NCBI GenBank assembly: GCA_965204735.1
Contig: OZ242008.1
Location: 1,568,001-1,632,000 of the forward strand
Reading direction: 5' to 3'
Source of the DNA: Longimicrobiales bacterium
Lineage (GTDB): Bacteria > Gemmatimonadota > Gemmatimonadetes > Longimicrobiales > Gaopeijiaceae
Length of the DNA: 64,000 nt
The position numbers and the translations under genes are program-made. The notes beneath the pieces were generated by a model. The model was not told the origin of the DNA. It worked only from the letters and a program-made list of their open reading frames with translations, and did not search any database. Below, piece after piece: positions 48,387 through 56,827 of the stretch (within the stretch, counting starts at the first letter, position 1; the number at the start of each line of letters is the position of its first letter).

Positions 48387-48448
48387 GCCGCCCTCCGTGG
48401 TTCGATACCGCTCCGTCGCCCTTCGTCGCAGGGGCGCCCTCCGGGCGA

Positions 48449-48477
48449 TTGATATTGTCCGCCCGACTGGCTAACTT
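48449..48477 (+). promoter_or_regulatory. Putative sigma70 promoter of the TonB-dependent receptor
   Basis: TTGATA-N17-TAACTT. Confidence 0.5.
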
Positions 48478-48563
48478 CGGGCCGAGACGCTGGTACGGGA
48501 ACGTCCCGAAGCCCAGCCCCGGCGTCGCGGCCTCACTTCACCAGCAAGCCAGGACGATACAAC

Positions 48564-51239
48564 ATGGCCTTCGCATCGCGGCTGATCCGCTTCTTCTGCC
48601 TCGCGACCCTTCTCGCCCTCCCGGTCGCGTCGGCCCACGCCCAGCAGGGCACGATCTCGGGGCGGGTGGTCGACGCCGAGACCGGCGAGCCCGTGGCGGG
48701 CGCCGCCGTCGAACTCCTGGGGCAGGCGGGGCAGGCCGAAACCGACGCCGCCGGCGAGTTCAGCGTGGCGGTGGCCTCGGCCTCGGGCGCGCACACCGTG
48801 GTCGTCACGATGATCGGCTACGAGACGGCCCGCGTGGACGACGTGCGCACGACGCAGAGCGTGGAGGTCTCGCTGCGCTCCCGGGCCCTGGTGCTCAACC
48901 CGGTCGTGGTCACGGCGTCTCGACGCCAGGAGAAGGCCCTGGAGGCTCCGGCGTCGATCTCGGTCGTCTCCAGCGACGAGATCGAGCGCACGATCGTCCC
49001 GACGCCGGCCGAGAACCTGAAGGGGCTGGCGGGAGTCGACATGGTCCAGACCGGGATCACCCAAAGCAACATCGTGGCTCGGGGGTTCAACAACGTCTTC
49101 TCGGGCACGCTGCTCACCATCGTGGACAACCGGTACGCGCGCATTCCGTCCCTGCGCTTCAACGCCCACAACATGATCCCGGTCACCGACCTGGACATCG
49201 ACCGGATCGAGGTCTCCCTGGGGCCGGGCGCCGCCCTCTACGGCCCCAACGCCGCGTCGGGCGTCATGCACATCATCACCGCGTCGCCGATCGACCGACC
49301 GGGCTCGTCCTTCTCGGTGGCCGGCGGCGAGCGCTCCGTCTTCCACGGCCAGCTCCGCACTGCCCACTCCCTGGCCGACGGCGCCTTCGGCTTCAAGGTC
49401 TCGGCCCAGTACTTCCGCGGCAACGACTTCGAGTACACGGATCCGGAGGAGCCTTCGACCGTGGAGCGGGACTTCCTCAACGCGCGCTGGTCCGCCGACG
49501 CCCGCATGGACTTCCGCTTCGCCGGCGACGCCGAGCTCGTCTTCAACGGCGGCGTCAACACGGCGGTGAAGAGCATCGAGCTCACGGGGATCGGCGCGGC
49601 CCAGGCCGACGGATGGGGCAACCGGTACTTCCAGGCCCGGTTCAGCAAGGGACGCCTCTTCGCCCAGGCGTTCCTGAACCAGACCGACTCGGGGACGGAC
49701 ACCTACCTCTTCCGCACCGGCGAAGGCGTGGTGGACCAGTCCCGGGCCATGGCCGTCCAGGCCCAGTACGGCTTCAACCTGGGCGACTTCCAGAGCTTCA
49801 CCTACGGGGTGGACTGGCAGCGGACCGAACCCCGCACCGGAGGCACGATCACCGGCCGCAACGAAGACGACGACCTCATCAGCGAGGTGGGCGCCTACGT
49901 GCACTCGGAGACGGCCCTGGGCGAGAAGGTGGACTTCGTGGCCGCGGTTCGCGTGGACGACCACAGCCGTCTGGCGAACCCGAACATCTCGCCCCGAGCG
50001 GCGCTGGTCTTGAAGCCGTCGGAAGACCAGACCTTCCGCCTCACCTTCAACCGGGCGTTCGGAACGCCCACTTCCAACAACCTCTTCCTGGACATCGTGG
50101 CGGCCCGGTCCGAGATCATCCCGGGAGTGCTCTCCTACGACGTGCGCGCGCTGGGCGTGCCCTCCGGCGGCTTCACCTTCAACAACGAGTGCCCTGGCGG
50201 CCACCTGTCGATGTGCATGTACTCTCCCCTTGCCCCGGGGCAGCAGCTGCCGGCGAACGCCGCGGTGTTCTACGACGCGCTTCTGCAAAACCTTGCCAGG
50301 GACCCCCAGCTGGCGGCCCTCGCGCCGGCGCTCGCAAACCCGGGCAGCAGGCCGACGGACCCCGCCATCAACACCGTGTTCCGCCGCCTCAACCAAGCCG
50401 CCGAACCCGGAGAGCCCCTCTTCGTCCTGGACGACTCCAAGCCGGCCTCCATCGCCGATCTCCGGTCCACGATCCACAACACCTACGAGGTGGGCTACAA
50501 GGGCTTCCTCGGCGACCGACTTCTCTTGGCCGCCGACCTCTGGTACGCGGACGTCAAGGACTTCGTGGGTCCGTTGCGGGTCGAGACCCTCAACGTCTTC
50601 TTCGAGCCGACTTCCCTGAAGGCCTTCCTGGACAGCCGGCTGGCCGGCCTCGTTGCGGCGGGAGTGCTGGACGCGGCCACGGCGGCGGGGACCGCCGGTC
50701 TGATCGCCGGGCTGGCGGCTCAGATACCGGTGGGCTCGGTCGTGCCCGACCAAGTCCAGTCCTCGGACTTCATCGTGACTTACCGCAACTTCGGAGAGGT
50801 CGACTACTGGGGCGCCGACTTTGCCGCCCAGTTCTTGGCGTCGGACCGCGTGCGGATCAACGGCTCCTACTCGCATCAGAGCCAGGAGTGCTTCGACTTC
50901 AACGAGGACGGCAACTGCAGGAGCGCCGACGACATCGCCCTGAACGCTCCGAACCACAAGGGCTCGGTGGGCGTGACCTTCGACGACCGCGCGGCGGGCT
51001 TCTCCCTCAGCGCGCGCATGCGCATGAGCGCCGGCTTCCCCATGAACTCGGGCGTGTACGTGGGCGACGTGGACGGCTACACGGTCGTGGACGCGGGTTT
51101 GAGCTACCGCCTCCCCTTCCAGCCCAACGCGAGCGTTTCCCTGAGCGCGAGCAACCTCCTCAACAACCTGCACCAGGAGTTCATCGGCGCTCCCGAGCTG
51201 GGCCGTCTCGTGCTGGCTCGGGTGCGGTTCGACTTCTGA
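48564..51239 (+). CDS. TonB-dependent receptor with N-terminal carboxypeptidase-regulatory-like domain
   Basis: Signal peptide, GTISGRVVD, VVVTASR, IDRIEVSLGPGAALYG, C-terminal RVRFDF. Confidence 0.93.
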   Translation: MAFASRLIRFFCLATLLALPVASAHAQQGTISGRVVDAETGEPVAGAAVELLGQAGQAETDAAGEFSVAVASASGAHTVVVTMIGYETARVDDVRTTQSVEVSLRSRALVLNPVVVTASRRQEKALEAPASISVVSSDEIERTIVPTPAENLKGLAGVDMVQTGITQSNIVARGFNNVFSGTLLTIVDNRYARIPSLRFNAHNMIPVTDLDIDRIEVSLGPGAALYGPNAASGVMHIITASPIDRPGSSFSVAGGERSVFHGQLRTAHSLADGAFGFKVSAQYFRGNDFEYTDPEEPSTVERDFLNARWSADARMDFRFAGDAELVFNGGVNTAVKSIELTGIGAAQADGWGNRYFQARFSKGRLFAQAFLNQTDSGTDTYLFRTGEGVVDQSRAMAVQAQYGFNLGDFQSFTYGVDWQRTEPRTGGTITGRNEDDDLISEVGAYVHSETALGEKVDFVAAVRVDDHSRLANPNISPRAALVLKPSEDQTFRLTFNRAFGTPTSNNLFLDIVAARSEIIPGVLSYDVRALGVPSGGFTFNNECPGGHLSMCMYSPLAPGQQLPANAAVFYDALLQNLARDPQLAALAPALANPGSRPTDPAINTVFRRLNQAAEPGEPLFVLDDSKPASIADLRSTIHNTYEVGYKGFLGDRLLLAADLWYADVKDFVGPLRVETLNVFFEPTSLKAFLDSRLAGLVAAGVLDAATAAGTAGLIAGLAAQIPVGSVVPDQVQSSDFIVTYRNFGEVDYWGADFAAQFLASDRVRINGSYSHQSQECFDFNEDGNCRSADDIALNAPNHKGSVGVTFDDRAAGFSLSARMRMSAGFPMNSGVYVGDVDGYTVVDAGLSYRLPFQPNASVSLSASNLLNNLHQEFIGAPELGRLVLARVRFDF

Positions 51240-51305
51240 CCGCCCCGCCGGCCCGAGGCCGGCAACTGCGACGCGCGCGCGACGACAGGCCTTGACTCGC
51301 GAGCC

Positions 51306-51767
51306 ATGACCCGTCGGCGCAAGAGGCAGCGCCAGGAGCGTATCCTCGAGCTGGTCAAGGACCACCGAGTCCCCAGCCAAGAGGCGCTTCGCGACCTCCT
51401 CGTGCGGGCCGACTTCGAGGTCGCCCAGGCCACTCTCTCGCGGGACATCCGCGACCTTCGGCTGGTGAAGGTTCCCGTCGCCGGCGGCAAGTCCTACTAC
51501 ACGCTCCCGGAGGAGTGGGAACAGAAGCCGCCGCTGGAGTCGGTGCTGTCGGCCCTCTACGTCTCGGCCGAGGTGGTCGGGAACTTGGCCGTCGTGCGGA
51601 CGCTCAGCGGGGCGGCCCAGGCAGTGGCGTCGGGGATCGACTGGGAGGAGTTCGAAGGGCTGGCGGGCACCATCGCCGGAGACGACACGGTCCTTCTGGT
51701 CCTCAAGGACCCGGAGGCCGCCGTCGCCGTCGTCGCCGAGATCGAGGCCTTGGCCGGGCGCAGCTGA
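51306..51767 (+). CDS. argR: Arginine repressor
   Basis: SQEAL, QATLSRDIRDL, GTIAGDDT. Confidence 0.95.
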   Translation: MTRRRKRQRQERILELVKDHRVPSQEALRDLLVRADFEVAQATLSRDIRDLRLVKVPVAGGKSYYTLPEEWEQKPPLESVLSALYVSAEVVGNLAVVRTLSGAAQAVASGIDWEEFEGLAGTIAGDDTVLLVLKDPEAAVAVVAEIEALAGRS

Positions 51768-51813
51768 CCCCGGCGAGCGTTCCGGGCGGGGAAGTCGTGC
51801 TTTCGTCGGCCCG

Positions 51814-51876
51814 TTGACCCCTGGCGCCTATATGCATATTATTCCACTTGCAGCGGTTATTCCTTCATTCATGCAT
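51814..51876 (+). promoter_or_regulatory. argGH promoter with probable ARG-box operator
   Basis: TTGACC-N17-TATTAT (51814-51842), overlapped by an AT-rich stretch with ATGCAT half-sites at both ends. Confidence 0.65.
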
Positions 51877-51902
51877 CGGCAACACAACGGGAGAGGCGAG
51901 CG

Positions 51903-53228
51903 ATGAAGGTCGTTCTCGGATACTCGGGAGGGCTGGACACCTCGGTGATCGTGCCTTGGCTTCGGGAGAACCACGGGGCCGAAGTCGTCTGCATGGCGGC
52001 GGACGTGGGCCAGCAGGGCGGGGTGGAGCACTTGGCGGCGAAGGCGCTCGCCACGGGGGCTTCCGCGTTCTTCGGCGAGGACCTGAAGGACGCCTTCGTG
52101 TCGGAGTACGTGCTGCCTGTGCTCCGGGCCGGCGCCGTCTACAGTCGCAAGTACCTGCTGGGCACTGCGATGGCGCGTCCGCTGATCGCCCGCCGGATGG
52201 TGGAGATCGCCCGGAGCACCGGCGCCGACGCCGTGGCCCACGGATGCACCGGCAAGGGGAACGACCAGCTCCGCTTCGAGCTCTCCTTTGCGGCGCTGGC
52301 GCCCGACCTTGAAGTGGTGGCCCCTTGGCGGGTGTGGGAGATCGCTTCGCGCGAGGACGCCCTGGCCTTCGCTCGGGCCCGGGGGATATCACTGGACGTG
52401 GACGAAGGGAAGCTCTACTCGCGAGACGAGAACCTGTGGCACACCAGCCACGAGGGCGGCCCCCTGGAGGACCCGGCCAACGCGCCGAGCCCCGACGTCT
52501 TCACCCGCACCTGCGATCCGGCCGAAGCTCCCGACCGGCCTCGGGATCTGGAGGTCTCCTTCGAGGCCGGCGTGCCTGTGGCCTTGGACGGTCGGCCCAT
52601 CGGGCTCCTGGCGCTCCTGGAAGCGCTCAATCGCGCGGGCGCGGAGCACGGAGTGGGCAGGGCCGACGTGATCGAGGACCGAGTCGTGGGCATCAAGTCC
52701 CGGGGCGTGTACGAGACTCCGGGGGGGACGATACTGCTGACGGCGCTTCAGGAGCTGGAGCAGATGGTCCTTTCCCGGAGGGCGCTCTCGCTGAAGGACG
52801 AGCTGGCGCCCCGATACGCCGACGTCGTCTACGAAGGCCGCTGGTGGACTCCGGAGCGGAAGGCGCTGGACGCCATGGTGGACTCGCTGATGGAGCCCGT
52901 CACCGGGAGCGTGCGGCTGCGCCTCTTCAAGGGAAGCGCGAGCGTGACCGCCCGGACCAGCCCCACGTCGTTGTACGACCTGGATCTGGCCTCGTTCGGC
53001 GCATCCGAAGGGTACGACCACTCCGATTCGTCGGGGTTCGTCAAGCTGTACGGGTTGCCGTTGCGCGCGGTGGCGGCCCAGCAGGGGACGGAGTTGCGGG
53101 CGACGGGCGGCCGCAAGGGTTCGGCGGCCGGCGCAGGCGCGACGGGGGGCGCGGGCTGGAGCGAGTCGTCGGCGTCGCCGGCCGGCTCCCAAGGGACGGC
53201 ATCGGCAGGACGCGGCCTTCCCCGGTGA
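51903..53228 (+). CDS. argG: Argininosuccinate synthase
   Basis: YSGGLDTS, HGCTGKGNDQ, YSRDENLWHTSHEG, GIKSRGVYETPG. Confidence 0.97.
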   Translation: MKVVLGYSGGLDTSVIVPWLRENHGAEVVCMAADVGQQGGVEHLAAKALATGASAFFGEDLKDAFVSEYVLPVLRAGAVYSRKYLLGTAMARPLIARRMVEIARSTGADAVAHGCTGKGNDQLRFELSFAALAPDLEVVAPWRVWEIASREDALAFARARGISLDVDEGKLYSRDENLWHTSHEGGPLEDPANAPSPDVFTRTCDPAEAPDRPRDLEVSFEAGVPVALDGRPIGLLALLEALNRAGAEHGVGRADVIEDRVVGIKSRGVYETPGGTILLTALQELEQMVLSRRALSLKDELAPRYADVVYEGRWWTPERKALDAMVDSLMEPVTGSVRLRLFKGSASVTARTSPTSLYDLDLASFGASEGYDHSDSSGFVKLYGLPLRAVAAQQGTELRATGGRKGSAAGAGATGGAGWSESSASPAGSQGTASAGRGLPR

Positions 53229-54646
53229 GCCACGCCCTTTGGGGCGGCCGCTTCGACGGCGAGCTTGCCGCCGAGATGGGACCGCTGAACCGGTCTCTGG
53301 ATGTGGACTGGCGGCTCTGGCGTCACGACGTTCGGGGCAGTCGCGCCTGGGCCCGGGGGCTGGAGCGGGCGGGGGTGCTCTCTCCTGACGAAGCCGCGCA
53401 GATCGACCGGGGGCTGGTCCAGGTGGCGGAACGGCTGGAAGCGCTTCCGGGGCCGGCGGGACTTCCCGACGAGGACGTCCACACCGTCGTCGAGCGGCTC
53501 CTTACCGAGATCGTCGGACCGGTCGGGGGCAAGCTCCACACGGGCCGCTCCCGCAACGACCAAGTCGCCACGGACTTCCGCATGTGGGGCACGGAAGCGG
53601 TCGCCGAGCTGCACGGCCAGGTCGTCGAGCTGGCGGAGGCGCTGGCCGCCAAGGCTCGGGCGACGAGGGACGTGGTCATGCCGGCCTACACCCACCTGCA
53701 GCAGGCCCAGCCGACGCCGGTCGCCCACTGGCTGCTCTCCCGCGCGTGGCCGCTGGTCCGCGACGCGAAGCACTTGGGGGCCGTGGCCGACGAGTGCGCC
53801 GTGCTGCCGCTGGGCTCGGGAGCGGTGGCGGGCTGTCCCTTCGACGTGGACCGGGAGGCGCTGGCCGCCGAGCTGGGGTTCTCGACCGTGTCGGAGAACT
53901 CGATCGATGCGGTGTCGGACCGGGACTGGGCCGCCAAGCTGGTGTTCGCGGCGGCGCTGACCGGTGTGCACCTCTCCCAGCTGGCCGAGGACCTGGTGGT
54001 GTTCTCCAGCGCCGAGTTCGGGTTCGTGCGGATCGGGGGCGGCTTCGCCACGGGCTCGTCGCTGATGCCCCAGAAGCGGAACCCGGACGTGGCCGAGCTG
54101 GCCAGGGGAAAGTCGGGGCGCCTGATCGGCAATGTGACGGCCGTGCTTGCCGTGCTGAAGGGGCTTCCCACGGGCTACAACCGGGACTTGCAGGAGGACA
54201 AGGAAGCGGTCTTCGACTCGGTGGACACCCTGGCGGTCGCGCTCCCGGCGATGACGGGGGCGGTCGCGGAGCTGGGAGTGGTGCGCGAGCGGCTGGCAGG
54301 CGCGCTGGGGGCCGGCGTTCACGCCACCGACCTGGCCGAGCACCTGGTGCGGCGCGGCGTGCCCTTCCGGGAGAGCCATCACGCGGTGGGAGCGCTGGTT
54401 CGGGTTGCGGAGGCGTCGGGCCGGGAGCTGAACGAGCTGGGGATCGACGAGCTGCGAAGAGGTCATCCCGCATTCGGCGACGAAGCGACGGCGGTCTTCG
54501 ATCCGGTTGCTTCGGCGGAGTCCCGGGCGGTCCGCGGGGGCACCGCCGCCGCAGCCGTGGACGCCCAGCTGGAGGCGCTGGCGAAGGCGCTGGGGGCGGA
54601 GTCCAGCGGACTGGCGTCGGCGCGCTCGATCTCGGAGACGGGGTAG
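53225..54646 (+). CDS. argH: Argininosuccinate lyase
   Basis: LWGGRF, KLHTGRSRNDQ, TGSSLMPQKRNPD, YNRDLQEDK; GTGA overlap with argG. Confidence 0.97.
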   Translation: MSHALWGGRFDGELAAEMGPLNRSLDVDWRLWRHDVRGSRAWARGLERAGVLSPDEAAQIDRGLVQVAERLEALPGPAGLPDEDVHTVVERLLTEIVGPVGGKLHTGRSRNDQVATDFRMWGTEAVAELHGQVVELAEALAAKARATRDVVMPAYTHLQQAQPTPVAHWLLSRAWPLVRDAKHLGAVADECAVLPLGSGAVAGCPFDVDREALAAELGFSTVSENSIDAVSDRDWAAKLVFAAALTGVHLSQLAEDLVVFSSAEFGFVRIGGGFATGSSLMPQKRNPDVAELARGKSGRLIGNVTAVLAVLKGLPTGYNRDLQEDKEAVFDSVDTLAVALPAMTGAVAELGVVRERLAGALGAGVHATDLAEHLVRRGVPFRESHHAVGALVRVAEASGRELNELGIDELRRGHPAFGDEATAVFDPVASAESRAVRGGTAAAAVDAQLEALAKALGAESSGLASARSISETG

Positions 54647-54699
54647 GCCGGGAAGGCCCGGGGCCGAGCAGTCGCCGGAACGGCCCGCCGGCCGGGGCC

Positions 54700-54882
54700 G
54701 CCGCAAGCGCGCTCGAGCCGTTCTGTGGTCGTCGTCACCAGATCGAGTCGGCCCAGCGTGACCGACACGAGGGAGCCGCAAGCGCGCCCGAACCGTCCTG
54801 TGGTCGTCGCGCCCAAGCCCAGGACGCCGCCCCCGCCTACTCCAGAGGCCGCAAGCGCGGTCGAGCCGTCCTGTGGTCGTCG
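54700..54882. repeat. Three imperfect 35-bp repeats separated by unique 40- and 38-bp spacers
   Basis: GCCGCAAGCGCGSYCGARCCGTYCTGTGGTCGTCG at 54700, 54775 and 54848. Confidence 0.85.
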
Positions 54883-54909
54883 CGGCGGCTTCGGAGTAGG
54901 TTGTCGCCC

Positions 54910-56805
54910 ATGACATCCCTTCGGGCGCCGGCGGGCGCGGGATGGTACTGGCATTGGGGCGCCCCGGCCGCGGCCTGCCTGGGCTTTCTCGCGGCAGCCG
55001 GCTTGGCCGCGGCTTGGCTGTCGAGCGCCGAGGACCGACTCGGGCGGTTCGCGCTCTCCGCCGCGGCCTTTTCGGCGACGCTGCTGCTCTCTTGGGTCGT
55101 CGCCGGCCCTGGACACCCGTCGATCTCGGCCTCCGCTGCGCAGAGTGCACGCGACCGCGCCGTCCATGCCGTCCTGGCGACGGCCGTCGTCTCGACAGCC
55201 GTGGTCGCCGCTGCCTATCTGCTGGACGGACCGCTGGTCCTGGACGAGCAGAAGTCGATCATCGACTACGGCGTTCAGCCTCTCGCCGCGATCGCCGCTT
55301 CGTACGACGACCCGAACAACCATGTGCTGCACACGCTCCTGCTCCGGGTGGCGTATCGGTTCGGCGGGACGAGCCTGGTCGTCCTTCGACAGCCCGCGTT
55401 CTTGTCGTTCTGTCTTCTTCTTCCCGCGCTGTGGTGGTTCGCGCGGCAAGAGTACGGACCGACGGCGGCCGTGTTCGCCACCGCCTTCACGGGCATGTCG
55501 CCGATGCTTGTGGAGTACGCCACCGTCGCCAGGGGGTACACGATCCTGCTGCTCCTCTTCATGGCGGCGCTGCTGTGCGGACGGGTCCTGGTGCGCAAGC
55601 CGGACAGCAGGGCGCTGTGGGCCACGTGGGCCGCGGCGGTCGCCCTCGGCTTCTTCACGATGCCGCTGATGGTGCTTCCCGCCCTGACCGCCGTGGCCTG
55701 GATGCTCTTGGTTCGCTGGCGGGAGGGCGGGCGCGCGGCAGTGGGGCCCTTTGCCGTCAAGACGGCGGTCTGGTCGGTCGTGGCCCTTGCCGGCACGGGA
55801 GTCCTGTACGCGCCGATCATCGCCGCCGAGGGCATCCAGGGCGTGCACGCAACCCTCGTGGTCGAGGGCGAGTACGCGGTCGCCGCGTCCGCTTCGCTGC
55901 TCCTGCATCCGTTCGAGGTCTGGGACGACTGGCACTTCAAGCACCCCAGCTGGGCAAAGGGAGTCCTGTGGGCGCTGGTCGTCGTCGGCGCCGCGGTCCC
56001 GGGCCGCGGCTCGAGGCCGCGGGTGGGAGTGCTGCTGCTGGCGACGGGGCTCGCCACGGCTCTGCTGATGGCGACAAGACCGTTCATGCTGACGCCGCGC
56101 CTGGCGCTCTGGATGGCGCCGTTGGTCATGGTCGCGGCCGGGGTTGGCGCGGCGTCTGTCCTGGAAGGCGCTCTCGACCGCGCGGGAGCCCGTTGGCCGC
56201 GGGTCGCCGCCGCGCCGGGCCGGCGCATTGCGACCTGCGCCGCCGCGGCGCTGGTCGCGGGCGTCCTTGCCGTGTGGTCCGTGCAGCCAGTCCGATTGCT
56301 GGGATGGTCTCCCAAGGCTCGGTGGCGCGTCCACCCCATGGCGTTCGCCACCGCCGAGCGGATGGAGCCCGGCGATCACTTCGCCACCTACAGCTGGGTG
56401 GCCAACTTCGCGGTGATCCGAGTGCGGGAGCGCCTCCGAATCGACAGCGACGCAGGCTTCTACCATCCCCTGGGAACGCCCGAAGAACGTTGGTCGGTAC
56501 ACCGCGTGTCCGCCCGCCGCGGAACGAGCGCCGACCCCGGCGGCCCCTCGCCCGATCCCGCCGACCCGCCGCCCGACCCCGCCGACTCCCCGCCCGATCC
56601 CGCCGACCCCCGGCGGGCGCCCGAAGGCCCCGCGGAAGGCCGCCTCTTCGTGATGTACCCGAGGGACCCCGACGACGCCGACAGATCATTCGCCAGCGAG
56701 TTCGTGGATGCGCATCCGTCCGACCACGAGCTGGTCGCCGCCTTCGACGGCGGACTCGTCTACATGCTGAAGGAGTGGACCAAGCGCCCACGGCGGCTGC
56801 GCTGA
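54910..56805 (+). CDS. Multi-pass membrane GT-C (ArnT/PMT-like) glycosyltransferase candidate
   Basis: LDE, YDDPNNHVLHTLL, LRQPA and ARGY motifs with many hydrophobic segments. Confidence 0.75.
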   Translation: MTSLRAPAGAGWYWHWGAPAAACLGFLAAAGLAAAWLSSAEDRLGRFALSAAAFSATLLLSWVVAGPGHPSISASAAQSARDRAVHAVLATAVVSTAVVAAAYLLDGPLVLDEQKSIIDYGVQPLAAIAASYDDPNNHVLHTLLLRVAYRFGGTSLVVLRQPAFLSFCLLLPALWWFARQEYGPTAAVFATAFTGMSPMLVEYATVARGYTILLLLFMAALLCGRVLVRKPDSRALWATWAAAVALGFFTMPLMVLPALTAVAWMLLVRWREGGRAAVGPFAVKTAVWSVVALAGTGVLYAPIIAAEGIQGVHATLVVEGEYAVAASASLLLHPFEVWDDWHFKHPSWAKGVLWALVVVGAAVPGRGSRPRVGVLLLATGLATALLMATRPFMLTPRLALWMAPLVMVAAGVGAASVLEGALDRAGARWPRVAAAPGRRIATCAAAALVAGVLAVWSVQPVRLLGWSPKARWRVHPMAFATAERMEPGDHFATYSWVANFAVIRVRERLRIDSDAGFYHPLGTPEERWSVHRVSARRGTSADPGGPSPDPADPPPDPADSPPDPADPRRAPEGPAEGRLFVMYPRDPDDADRSFASEFVDAHPSDHELVAAFDGGLVYMLKEWTKRPRRLR

Positions 56806-56827
56806 CCGCCGCTCGTCTTCCCTCCCT

